From: a phage
Length of the DNA: 64,000 nt
Assembly: GCA_017676145.1 (NCBI GenBank)
Contig: GCA_017676145.1_3628.1
Direction: 5' to 3' (one strand)
This document shows, piece after piece, positions 10,332 through 20,800 of the stretch. Positions within the stretch are counted from its first letter, which is position 1. Each line of letters starts with the position of its first letter. The notes below the pieces were generated by a model. That model saw only the letters and a program-made list of their open reading frames with translations, was not told the DNA's origin and ran no database searches. A program made the position numbers and the translations under genes.

Positions 10332-11378
10332 TTAAGCATAAGATATGGTGATCCATTGACCGTTTACAAATTTTTGAATGGCTCCAGTCCAATAGTCGCC
10401 CTGATACGGGTGTTTATATGCGTAATTGCCGGAGCACATTACATGCCCAGGGTATACTCTTGATTCTCTGTAGGTGGTTCTGAAACGGTTTGCTATCCTT
10501 ACATCTTCAACACCTCTACTAGGCATAGGAATAGTAAGGTTACCACTACTGTCTGCGCTACTACCATTTACCCTGCGGACCACGTTTCTTCCACCAACTG
10601 TTGCATATTGACCCCTGGCGGTTTTATCGTTACAATCTACTCTTCCACCTATTTGAGCGCTGCCGCAGGATTGTTGCCCATTAACAGTGGATCTAGGTAT
10701 CGTTACCGCATTAGCATTTGCAGAGGAGCTTTTTGCATCATTGCATTCAAGATTTCCTTGGATAGCCAGTCTTGCACGGTTGGCAGTTATAGCATTGAGC
10801 TTCATAGCCGAAAACACAGGCTGCCCACCAGAAGGTTGAAATCTCCAACGGAAACCGTCTATTTGGTGAGAGGGATCATCAAGGTCTGTGCCGTCAGCAC
10901 CACCGATGTTGTCCATAATCCAGAAATCCATCATCGTCTTGTCTGGAGTTATGGTGGTGTATATCGCCGCACTATCTGTTGACGCGGATGCAAACTCGAT
11001 TCTTTGAAGACCTAAAGTTTGAGTCTGGATCATTGTGTCTCCAGCCTTGTCAACATAAAGGTCATCCATTTCTTCAGGCGAGTATACATTGAGAACTTGA
11101 CGTGCAGCAGCTTTGTCTGGAACGTCTGCCAGATTATTAGTGACCCTTAAGAATCTATTATCCCATCCTGGGACAACATCTTCTGTTAAATGCTTTAGCC
11201 ACGCAGAGAGCATGTGGAGTTCAAAGTTAACAACTTCACATGCTATCCTTTGTGTCATATCCCAACCTTTCAATCTCTCTTCTTTGTTCGGTTGAGATTT
11301 GTTCAACTCTCCTGTATTTTCAAGCACAACATCCTGATTGGCCCAAATATCAAGAGGGATAACTGGTTTAGTCATCAC
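10332..11378 (-). CDS. tail fibre protein, paralogue A (348 aa)
   Basis: Clear paralogue of 12391..13431 (shared PLxIWA N-terminus, GDTM motif, LQRI(E/N)F, FRWRFQP, C-terminal NGQWIT(I/V)(S/N)YA); GDTM(T)G-type motif common in phage tail fibres. Confidence 0.55.
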   Translation of the reverse strand: MMTKPVIPLDIWANQDVVLENTGELNKSQPNKEERLKGWDMTQRIACEVVNFELHMLSAWLKHLTEDVVPGWDNRFLRVTNNLADVPDKAAARQVLNVYSPEEMDDLYVDKAGDTMIQTQTLGLQRIEFASASTDSAAIYTTITPDKTMMDFWIMDNIGGADGTDLDDPSHQIDGFRWRFQPSGGQPVFSAMKLNAITANRARLAIQGNLECNDAKSSSANANAVTIPRSTVNGQQSCGSAQIGGRVDCNDKTARGQYATVGGRNVVRRVNGSSADSSGNLTIPMPSRGVEDVRIANRFRTTYRESRVYPGHVMCSGNYAYKHPYQGDYWTGAIQKFVNGQWITISYA

Positions 11379-11465
11379 GTTCTCCTGAGAAAATTCCTTA
11401 AGGACTATTTTAACACTTTAGAGAACAAAATGCAAGAACGGCATCCTTGCCGTTCTGACCTTTGT

Positions 11466-11780
11466 TTACCTTTTACTATGCTCTACAAGCATGTGTAAAA
11501 TCTTTTGCACATCGGCTCTGATACCGGAGACATCTGTCCTGACATCTTGCTTAAGGTCGTTAATATCGGCCTCTAGCTTACTTAACCGGGTCTCAATAAT
11601 GGAATCAAGTCTATCTTTTGTAACCATGCTATTTTTCACTAAAATGAGGTCTTTCTCCAGCTCATCCAACCTCTTGGAAATGCCTTTCCATTTGGTGTGC
11701 CACTGGTTGAAAGCCCATACACAGATCGGGACAACGGTACCCATGCAGATACCGTACAATGCCGCCAAATCCAACTCCAC
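11466..11780 (-). CDS. membrane-anchored coiled-coil protein (104 aa)
   Basis: N-terminal hydrophobic helix (ALYGICMGTVVPICVWAF) followed by heptad-like charged region. Confidence 0.4.
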   Translation of the reverse strand: MELDLAALYGICMGTVVPICVWAFNQWHTKWKGISKRLDELEKDLILVKNSMVTKDRLDSIIETRLSKLEADINDLKQDVRTDVSGIRADVQKILHMLVEHSKR

Positions 11781-11791
11781 AACACCTCCTC

Positions 11792-12376
11792 TTAGAGGGT
11801 AGGTCGTTCCGGGAAGAAAATGTCAGGGGCTTTAGATGTATCTATTTCAAGAAGTTTTACCCTGTACATTTTCAAATCTCTGATGTTGCGTTTTTGGTCA
11901 TCAGTGAGATCGTATTCAAGGTCAATCATGTCTTGATAGGCACCAATTCTAGCAGTAGCCCAAGCAAGTTCTGTCTCTATGACACCCTCTGCCTGTTGAA
12001 CAAAGAATTCATTGTCTGTGACAAATTCATCACCAACTAAACGCAAAGCGTCGTGGTGGAGCATAATGTTTTCTGGTACCTCTTCTTTTTTGGCGATAAC
12101 CACACGAAGACCTGGAGCAGGCCACAAGGCATCAGGTTCTTCTGTAGATGTCTTAAGAATACCCTTCTCGTCAACAAGTAGGAAGATACAGCCTGGATTT
12201 TCTTGTCGTAGTGTTCGTGATTGCACATACCAATCGCCATCATCATTACGTAAAAAATATCCAGTGTATGCCGTATAATCCTCAACCTCCTGAGGAGTCA
12301 GCTCCTTGGTACCTTTGTTGGTGTGGTATTCGCCAGATCCCGGTTGGTAAAGCTTAAACTCTTGAAGTATTTTCAT
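11792..12376 (-). CDS. tail fibre assembly protein (lambda Tfa-like chaperone)
   Basis: 194 aa; C-terminal KMYRVKLLEIDTSKAPDIFFPERP closely parallels the lambda Tfa C-terminus ([21 protein letters not shown], recalled from memory); sits directly downstream of a fibre gene. Confidence 0.7.
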   Translation of the reverse strand: MKILQEFKLYQPGSGEYHTNKGTKELTPQEVEDYTAYTGYFLRNDDGDWYVQSRTLRQENPGCIFLLVDEKGILKTSTEEPDALWPAPGLRVVIAKKEEVPENIMLHHDALRLVGDEFVTDNEFFVQQAEGVIETELAWATARIGAYQDMIDLEYDLTDDQKRNIRDLKMYRVKLLEIDTSKAPDIFFPERPTL

Positions 12377-12390
12377 GCTAGTCCTCCGAT

Positions 12391-13431
12391 CTACGCATAA
12401 TTAACAGTGATCCATTGACCATTTACAAGTTTCTGTAAAGGCCCTGCCCAGTAGGTTGAACCACGCATCTCTTTTTTATCACCAAAATGCCAACCTGTGA
12501 CAACGTAGCCGTTGCGAACTGGAGATTCAGAAACACCATCAACAAGTCTTGCGCCGATTCTGATATCCTGTACACCTGTCTGCGGGATGGTGATCGTTAC
12601 ATCCCCGTTGCCGTTAGCCGTCACTCCATTCACAGAGCGCACCACATTTCTGTTACCGACAACACAATGCTGGCTTCTTACAACCATACTGTCACAACTT
12701 GCACCGCCATTGACATATACTGACCCAGCCGTCAACTGACTAGCTACATTGCAGTTGGTGAATGTTGCTGTGCTGCTAATGGTGAGGTTATTACATCGCA
12801 TGTTATCAACAACTTCAACATTGCCCACCACTTTCAACAACGCACGATTAGCCGTGATTGCGTTCAGATACATCAAAGTGAACTCTGGGTTAATGTCAGG
12901 CTGAGTTGGCTGAAATCTCCAACGGAACGCATCTACTGTAGAGGTGCCACCATCATCAAACGCCCCAATATTATCACTTAACCCAAAGTCGAGAGTTGTC
13001 TTATCTGGGCCAATAGTTGTCTCTATCCAAGCCTTATCTGTCTCGGCAGCTTTAAAGTTGATACGTTGCAAACCCAATGGGCCTGTCATTGTATCACCTG
13101 TAACTTTCACATACCTGGCGTCTGCCTCTTCCTTAGTAATAATACCAAGGTTTCTACGGGCAACAGGGATGTTCAAAAGATCACTCAAGTTATTATCACG
13201 TACCAGATAACGGCCTTCTTGAGCGGGGATCTGCTCGTCAGCAATGTATTTTGCCCAAGTCCCGAGCATATTGAAAATATAGTTAAGTTCTTCACAGGAT
13301 GGCTTTTGACCAAGATCCCAACCTTTTCTCCACAAATCATCAATCGGGCGTAGCCTGTTCTGTCTGTGGGTGTTAGGCAGAACCTGATCCTCCTCTGCCC
13401 AAATCTCTAATGGAAAACTAGGTTTTGACAT
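12391..13431 (-). CDS. tail fibre protein, paralogue B (346 aa)
   Basis: Paralogue of 10332..11378; contains VTGDTMTGPLGLQRINF fibre motif. Confidence 0.55.
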   Translation of the reverse strand: MSKPSFPLEIWAEEDQVLPNTHRQNRLRPIDDLWRKGWDLGQKPSCEELNYIFNMLGTWAKYIADEQIPAQEGRYLVRDNNLSDLLNIPVARRNLGIITKEEADARYVKVTGDTMTGPLGLQRINFKAAETDKAWIETTIGPDKTTLDFGLSDNIGAFDDGGTSTVDAFRWRFQPTQPDINPEFTLMYLNAITANRALLKVVGNVEVVDNMRCNNLTISSTATFTNCNVASQLTAGSVYVNGGASCDSMVVRSQHCVVGNRNVVRSVNGVTANGNGDVTITIPQTGVQDIRIGARLVDGVSESPVRNGYVVTGWHFGDKKEMRGSTYWAGPLQKLVNGQWITVNYA

Positions 13432-13443
13432 TTTATCTCCTGA

Positions 13444-15516
13444 TTATGAGAAGTCTGGCGGGACAACATCTTCTACATACCCTTTCAGAGCAACCTGCCC
13501 CATATGGAGCACGGTAGAATCCCTAGCGGTAACAGTGATGCTGTCAGACATTACTTGCGGGTATGCCCACACATACTGTTTTACCTCAGGGTATCTATAC
13601 TCTATGGTTGCCATGTTCCCGCAGATACATCTCCATAAAAATTCTTGGTAATTCCTGGTTGGGTCGTAGCCATATACCGGAGCAAGCTCTTTGCTAGGAA
13701 CGAACCCTGCAAGGTATTGTATTTCAGACGGTTGCCAACCTAACTTAACGATAGGTATGTTTACAGACTCTTTTGCCTTTTCAATACCACCCTGCATCAC
13801 CCAATCGTAGCACTCAGTGCAGAAGAAATCAAGAGCACCTGCTTCCTTTTTATATTGGTCAGCAAGGTTCAGCTTTTGCGTAAGCTCGGTTTCCATAATG
13901 GTCGGGAAAAACAGCAAAGCTGTCATCTGAGCCGATGCAGCGTGTGCTTTTATTGCCTTTGAAATAGCTGCAATACGAGCGCCAAGCTTACCACGACAAA
14001 ATGCTACATACTTGTCATAAACACCGCCAGTTTTAGGATCGTCAATAGTCCCAATGTCTAGTGCATATTCACCAGTCTCATCATAAAACGCCTGTTTTGT
14101 AGGGTAGTCATAAATACAAGGCTTACGAGTATCGGTATTGAACCACCACCACGGTTCACCAATCTGCATAATTACTGGCAGGTTGTTTCTCATAGCGGCT
14201 GATGCAAAATTCTTAAATACTGCAGTAAGGAAATTCATACCCTCTTCAATGGTTGGAGACAAGAGGTAACTACAAGGCGTATAGCCTGTTTTAGCATAGT
14301 TATCGTTCCAATCTCTCTGGGTCCATTCCAACGGACAGGCATCGCTATAAAGCTCAAAGCTTACAGACTGCATAACGTCGAAGTCATGTCGCTTGGCATT
14401 ATACATAAAGTCATCGTGCCATTTATAAGCTGCAGCGTTTAGAGCCCCTGTCCTGTTTATAGACCATTGGGTTCCGGACCATGTGTAATCATAATAATGG
14501 CTCATACCAACATAATGGTTTATGGTTCCGGTATAGCCCAGACGCTTGATATTGCTCACCACCCTTAAAGGAGATACGTTCCACATATCGTCATATGCTG
14601 TGCAGATCCCAACGTCGTGCTCTTTCACCTGGATATTGTTAAGTTGCATCATTTTCCAGCCTGTGTCTGGCTGAAGCAGATCTAGACGCAACTCACACTC
14701 TACATTTTCCGTTCTTGGGTCTGTACTATTACTTACCCAATCTTTAGGCATAAGTGGTATTAGAATCCTTCTCACCTGTCGAGGATCAACACCCATCATG
14801 TTGTTGTTCTGGTCCATCCCGACGCAGTCCTCGAAATCAATATGAATTTCTGCAACATTCTTATCCTCTGAGATGCTGACAGCATATTGAGCTAAAGGAA
14901 CATAGATGATTGTGCCATCAACAAGGTCTACAGTCATAATCATCTTTTCAGGGGTGGAGAAGTTGCTGGCATTGGTTATTGACATTCTGAACCAAAGCTT
15001 GGTGTTTCTCATCTCGTAGTGATCATCAAATCCAATGCCGAAATGGTCATACTTGTCAACTGTTTCCCAAATGCACCCAGCCATGCCTCCATATGTTCTT
15101 GACACTAAACGGTTAATACAGCAGTTATTATCTGCAACAATACAGGTGCTTTCAGTCTGCTGGGTAGTTGTAACCCAATATCTTGGGTGAAACATTCTCT
15201 CCTCAACAGTATCCCAAGATATTCTGTCAAGATTCTCATCTGAAACTATTGTGCATTTCGCTCTTTGTGTTCCAATCATAACCCCTTGAGAGTTTGATGA
15301 AAACTCCATAAAGAAGCTTCTTGGCAACCTGTTTGGCAATTTGTCAACAATTTCTACAGGGATCTCAATACTGGTTGCCCCAACCGGGATAGTTACATCG
15401 CCCTCAACATGATCATAATCTCTACCTGGAACTGCAGTATCCTGAACTGTGCGGTAATGAAACCGTGCAGCCATCGTAGAGTAATCACGGTAAGGTTTAA
15501 AAACAGCTGTTGCCAT
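13444..15516 (-). CDS. virion protein with Calx-beta-like N-terminal domain (690 aa), possible tailspike/enzyme
   Basis: N-terminus GRDYDHVEGDVTIPVGATSIEIPVEIVD resembles the Calx-beta motif; large Trp/Tyr-rich body. Confidence 0.45.
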   Translation of the reverse strand: MATAVFKPYRDYSTMAARFHYRTVQDTAVPGRDYDHVEGDVTIPVGATSIEIPVEIVDKLPNRLPRSFFMEFSSNSQGVMIGTQRAKCTIVSDENLDRISWDTVEERMFHPRYWVTTTQQTESTCIVADNNCCINRLVSRTYGGMAGCIWETVDKYDHFGIGFDDHYEMRNTKLWFRMSITNASNFSTPEKMIMTVDLVDGTIIYVPLAQYAVSISEDKNVAEIHIDFEDCVGMDQNNNMMGVDPRQVRRILIPLMPKDWVSNSTDPRTENVECELRLDLLQPDTGWKMMQLNNIQVKEHDVGICTAYDDMWNVSPLRVVSNIKRLGYTGTINHYVGMSHYYDYTWSGTQWSINRTGALNAAAYKWHDDFMYNAKRHDFDVMQSVSFELYSDACPLEWTQRDWNDNYAKTGYTPCSYLLSPTIEEGMNFLTAVFKNFASAAMRNNLPVIMQIGEPWWWFNTDTRKPCIYDYPTKQAFYDETGEYALDIGTIDDPKTGGVYDKYVAFCRGKLGARIAAISKAIKAHAASAQMTALLFFPTIMETELTQKLNLADQYKKEAGALDFFCTECYDWVMQGGIEKAKESVNIPIVKLGWQPSEIQYLAGFVPSKELAPVYGYDPTRNYQEFLWRCICGNMATIEYRYPEVKQYVWAYPQVMSDSITVTARDSTVLHMGQVALKGYVEDVVPPDFS

Positions 15517-16202
15517 TAACCCTCCTGTCTAGTTGCGTTTACTGTAATACTTTCACAATAAATAGTTGTGGTGTCCCAATCAGGTCTTACGTCAGGAACA
15601 TATAGCAAAGTAGCCAACCCACCAACTCCGAACTGGTTTTCTTCCCACACCGATCCGAAGCCGAGAGCTGTAGAATCGCCTTCAAAACCAAAAGCTTGTC
15701 CTTGCGATTCTGTAAGACGCAAATGACAAGGCAGTGGTAGCATATCTAAGATCTGATCTATGGACTGTAATATGTCAAAGCAAGTTTTTCTAATGTTTAT
15801 GTCAAATCTAAAGTTGTCACCTTTCCACGTATCGAAATTGTCTCTTCCGAACAATTGTCGCAAGGTTGAGATGACATCTTCACGAGTCCCGCCCCTCGAT
15901 GCTGCTGCCTGCTGAATAATCAGGGTAGCACGAAAATCAGCATCTGAAAGCCCATTCCGAAGAATACCGAGTTGATTACCAACTTCGTCAAGGTATCTTC
16001 CACTGGCATTGTTAAGCAATCTTCCTTCAGCCAAACCTACCAGCATCTTATCAACATTCTCCAACCTTTTAAGGTACACGGTTAAGAATGTGACTAAATT
16101 AACCTTCTCAGCCAGAAAATCTCCAGGCAGGTAGTCAAGACCCCCCTGAACAAAATCTGGCAGAGTGTGGATGTGGTTAACATCCGACTTAATCTCTGCC
16201 AT
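15516..16202 (-). CDS. baseplate protein (P2 gpI-like, tentative)
   Basis: 228 aa gene overlapping the next by 1 nt directly downstream of a baseplate-J-sized gene; assignment by position and size only. Confidence 0.3.
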   Translation of the reverse strand: MAEIKSDVNHIHTLPDFVQGGLDYLPGDFLAEKVNLVTFLTVYLKRLENVDKMLVGLAEGRLLNNASGRYLDEVGNQLGILRNGLSDADFRATLIIQQAAASRGGTREDVISTLRQLFGRDNFDTWKGDNFRFDINIRKTCFDILQSIDQILDMLPLPCHLRLTESQGQAFGFEGDSTALGFGSVWEENQFGVGGLATLLYVPDVRPDWDTTTIYCESITVNATRQEG

Positions 16203-16214
16203 ATCCCCGCCGCC

Positions 16215-17705
16215 TTAAATAGTTTGTTGGAAAGTTATATTGCTTTCATCGAGGTCAAACACCTCGGTCATGTTCGCAACAACATCGTTTGTAGTGTAAG
16301 CTTCGTCAGAGGCTCCTACAGGTTTAACTTGAATTACCAATCTGTTAAATCTGCCTATCGACACAGCAGCCGATGCAGCACCTACCAATTGGATATTATA
16401 CAACGTATCGGCAACATCTAAGCCGTTAACAACTTGCAAAAGAGCCTCTGTAATGGCATCTTTTTCGGTAGTAGAAAGCGCAGCACCTGAGTAGGTAATT
16501 CTCATATCCAGGCGGTAAGTGTTTGCCTTAGAATAATAAATCCTTTCAGTCTGACCGTCTGATGTGGTAATATCGTAGAAGATATTCCCATAAGTTCTAT
16601 TTGTGCAAGCTATGGTTTGATACAGCGCCTGACAGATATCCTCTGTTGCACCACCGAACACCACCACTTGAAACTTATAAGGTGGTATACCTTTCGCATC
16701 CGTTTTATCGGTGTTGTTAGAGAACACTCTTACTTTCTCAACACCCTTCACCTCGCTTACAGCGCTAAGGATTGCAGGACGGGTAGCTTTAGATGTTAAC
16801 TGTTTAGTGCTGGAAGCTCTTAAGCGATACTCTGAGTCCTTCTCAACATCCCTGCCCTCATTGAATCTTTCTCGGTTGGTAAGCTTGATAAATCCGCTGG
16901 GAGTAGGCGACATTGTTGTCACGGTTTCTGCCTCTCTTGACAGCTCACCAGCCTCGTTAGCTATAACATCTAAGGTGATAGTTCTTTCACCTACAATCGG
17001 GGATACTCTGAAATCTACTCTGCTATTAAGACCAACTTGATCAAGATTCGAATTGTATCCTATCCACAACGTTCCTGTCAACATATCGATCTGAATCAAA
17101 TCGTCGTTCAACAGGGTTGTATTATCTACAATGAATTGCTTAATCTCGCCGTAAAAGCTTGGTAAATCAGAAGAGTCCAGAGACTTATCGGTTAAAACCA
17201 GACTTTTTGTTTTGATACTTCCATCTGTCTGGTTGGTAATTTGAAAGTTGTATTTACCAATCCTTAGGTCTGGAGCATTTATTCTGTGAGCAATAAGATT
17301 CCCTGCTACTTGCACATCGTTGCTAAGAACAAAGTTGCCACTGTCCAGCGTATAAGTTTTGGAATCATAAATCATATTGTACGGCACAGTTGTGTTGATT
17401 GTCAACTGGCAAGTACCCGATGATTTAGAACGGCCTCTTCGGTAAATACCCTGTCTTCCAAGAAGCTCATCCAGGTAAATACCTTCTGCCCCATACAGCG
17501 TCTGTGATGCGTATACAGATGCTGCCATAAGAATAAGTTGATACTCTCGCTCGTTGAAGATAGTGGTCAGCTTATCTGCAACGGAGTTACTCTGTACGTT
17601 GAAGTTTTCGCCAAAAGCACGGATCAGGCTTTGCTTAGTTTCAACGATTAGGTCATTTAGGGTTGGTATAACGAAACCAGCCTCTGTCAATCCATACTTA
17701 GCCAC
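16215..17705 (-). CDS. baseplate wedge protein (gpJ/gp6-like, tentative)
   Basis: 496 aa; position between central fibre gene and gpI-sized gene; no decisive motif. Confidence 0.35.
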   Translation of the reverse strand: MAKYGLTEAGFVIPTLNDLIVETKQSLIRAFGENFNVQSNSVADKLTTIFNEREYQLILMAASVYASQTLYGAEGIYLDELLGRQGIYRRGRSKSSGTCQLTINTTVPYNMIYDSKTYTLDSGNFVLSNDVQVAGNLIAHRINAPDLRIGKYNFQITNQTDGSIKTKSLVLTDKSLDSSDLPSFYGEIKQFIVDNTTLLNDDLIQIDMLTGTLWIGYNSNLDQVGLNSRVDFRVSPIVGERTITLDVIANEAGELSREAETVTTMSPTPSGFIKLTNRERFNEGRDVEKDSEYRLRASSTKQLTSKATRPAILSAVSEVKGVEKVRVFSNNTDKTDAKGIPPYKFQVVVFGGATEDICQALYQTIACTNRTYGNIFYDITTSDGQTERIYYSKANTYRLDMRITYSGAALSTTEKDAITEALLQVVNGLDVADTLYNIQLVGAASAAVSIGRFNRLVIQVKPVGASDEAYTTNDVVANMTEVFDLDESNITFQQTI

Positions 17706-17772
17706 GTCACTCCTCCGGTATGAAAATCTCTACAAGGTATTTTACCAAATTTTGTAACAATAGTCAATCTGA

Positions 17773-17802
17773 GCATAAAAATAAACCCCGCCGAAGCGGG
17801 GC
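17773..17802 (-). terminator. rho-independent terminator
   Basis: On minus strand GCCCCGC-ttcg-GCGGGG hairpin followed by TTTATTTTTAT, immediately downstream of gene ending at 17811. Confidence 0.65.
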
Positions 17803-17810
17803 TTTAAAGG

Positions 17811-20800
17811 TTAGTCGTGAGACTCGTTCCAAGGTCCCTGGAAGCTTGAGTTAGAACGACTAACGATCACAGTGGGACAGGAGATTGTGACACCTGTCAC
17901 GCTAGACGTTGACCACGGTGTGTAAATCTCGATAACAATGTCTATAGTTTGTTCACCCAGACCTGTTATCCCTACCGCACACATGCCGTTGTTGTCGTTA
18001 AAATACTTCTTGCCAGCAAGGATCTGATGACCAGCTATCCATGCATTCAGTTGGGAGCTGGCAAGAGTACCATTCAGTTTAAAGAAGAATGTTACGTTCT
18101 TACCCTGACCTGAAACGTTATCTACGTATCTCCACCTCCAACGGCAAACCCTTTGCTGGGAGTTATATACTGGAGCACAATCCCCGTAAGTCCTGTGTGC
18201 AACAATTGCACCTTCGAACTGGTTAGCGCGGATAACAGAAGCTTCTACACGACCACGGAAGGTACCTCCGGTTGCATCTATGGTGCCTCTAAAGCTACCA
18301 TTATTGGCATAAACATCCCCACGGAAGGTACCACTGGTGGCGTTAACTGCCCCTGTGAAGTTACCTGCACTAGCGTTGATGTTACCTTTCACCCACACAT
18401 CCATAAACTGGGCGTGCCCGTTCTTGTTAATATACCAACCGTATTTGTGGTACCCGTTGCCATCGTAGTTGTTAGACGAAATTTCTTGTGCAATCTTGGC
18501 AGAAGAGATCGTCCCGTTCTCTATAAAGGCATCTTTCAAGAACGCTTGGTTGTTCTTAATTGCGAAAGCAAGGGTTGCTGTTCCATTCCCAGGGTTGTAT
18601 ACCGCAAAGTTGTTTGCACTAACCATGAAGTATGATTGAACTTGGCCTCCAGAACCTTCCATGCCCAATTGGATACCTGCCACATACTTATTCCCTGCGG
18701 AGTCTACCTGTATTTTTGTGCCCCATTGAGCATTTACTTTGCCCTCTAAGTCGGTCACAGCCTTAGATGTTGTAGCCACTGCAGCTCTTAGCTCTGATAC
18801 ATCCCCAACATCATCAATGATCTCCTGCTTAGCAACAGCAAGTTCTTGACGAATAGCTGACGCTGTGCCGTTAATAAGATCCACAGTTGCTTTGTTGGTA
18901 TCGGAGATTGTAGCGTCCAGTGCTGTTTTTGTGGAGGTCAGCTTACCATCCAAATCCGCAATCGCCTGTTTGTTGGTAGAAATCTCCCCACGTGCAGAAG
19001 TTATCTGCTCAGACAGTGCGGAGGTTTTCTGATTCAACAAATCTGTGGTGGCCTTGTTGGTATTGGCAATCAAGGTATTGAGATCAGTTTTTGCGGTAGT
19101 TATCTTACCATCAAGGGTGGCATAGTTCTTAGATACCGTCGCGTTTGTCTGACTGATCTTTTGATCCAGAGTTTCAGAGGTCCTGTTAAGAAGATCCACT
19201 GTCGCCTTATTGGTGCTCAAGATGCTTGCGTCAAGTTCTGTTCTCTGGGTATTGATCTTGCCATCCAGAGTTTTATCTCCGGCAAGGTATCCGCTCTCCA
19301 CTCCACCTATTTGTTCTACCAACTCCCCTTTGGCTGCAACCAATTTCTCGTCTAAAGCCTCTGTCTTTTTGTTCAGAAGATCAGTGGTTGCTTTATTGGT
19401 TGTCTCAATCAGGGATGCCAGTCTTCCACTTTCAGTGTTCAGATCGTTGGTGAACTTGTTCTGTGCAGCAACAAGTTTCTTATCCAGCGCTGTGATATTG
19501 CCATTGACATCCTCAAACTTCTGAGTTGTCTCTGTAACTACAGCACCTATCCTATCCCCAAGTTGTTGGAATGCCTCATCTACCCTTCCGTCCATGTACT
19601 TGTTAAGTTCTGTGACACGATTTTCAACCTCTTCAATAGAGGAATCTAAAGTGCTCATCAACTCTTTATAAGTTTCTGTCTTTTTAAATTCAGCATCTAT
19701 CTGAGGCATCAAATCTTCAATGGAGGTATAGCAGCGTGCAGCACACTCTACAAACTGAGAACTACCAAAAGCATTTGTGGTTCGAATATACCAATAATAA
19801 ATCTTATCGTTCTGCAGACCTTCAGATGTCCAAGTTGAACCAACACCCATGCGGGTGGCTTTTGAAGTAACGGTTGCATCACTTGTGTCCGGCAACCTTG
19901 TCATACCAGATGTCCAAAAGTCATACTGGGTGCTTACACTTGCCAAGTCCCTACTGTGTGGAATCAGGGTGATAGCAAAGTACCCCTGCTTAACTTCTAC
20001 AGAAACCGGAGCTTCAGGTGCCTGAATGTTAAACTCGCAGTACGCTTCTGGAGATACACCGCCTTTATAAGATGTTGCAACCACGGTTGCTGTGTATGAC
20101 CCTTTGGTCAATCCTTCTACGCGGACAAACTGCTCGACTGTTTGTGCTGTCCAAATAATCTCTCCGTTCTTTCTTACCTGCACAATATTTTGAGCGTAAG
20201 TCCCAACGTTGTCCCAAGCTAAAACACCGTGAGTTACTTCTCCAGCTTGGAGAACGGAATATCTGAAGTTTTGCGGTTGAGCTACACCAGATGGGGATAT
20301 CGGAATATCTACATCGCCAGAATCCGGAAGTTGCCCTGTGGCATCATTCCACTCTTTAGCATCTTGACGAAGTTTTACCTTGACACCGCCCTTTTTGGTG
20401 AACTCCCATTCAAGAACCCTCATTTCTTGGCCCACTATACCAATACTTGGGAGGTCCATTGTAACATAACGGCCAGGCTTAAATTTAAAACCTCGCATAT
20501 TGCAGGTGACTTCAATAATCCTGCCAGCTCTAGCACGTCTTAAGAAGATTGCAGAAACACGTTGAGCTTGATAAGGACTGGTAACAAAGCGATAGTCTAT
20601 ATCGATTATCTTTCTTTCTCCATCCTTCTCTATCCACTCTGGTACAAACACTGATGGGAAATCTGTTTCAGAATACCCTTTGGTCGGACTAGTGAATCTG
20701 CCAGTTATCGTGTTAGATCTTTTGTCAAATGAGGCTTCCGGATAGATCTTAACCTCACCACAGACACAGTCCTCACTCAATGTCATTGTTGCCGGACCAT

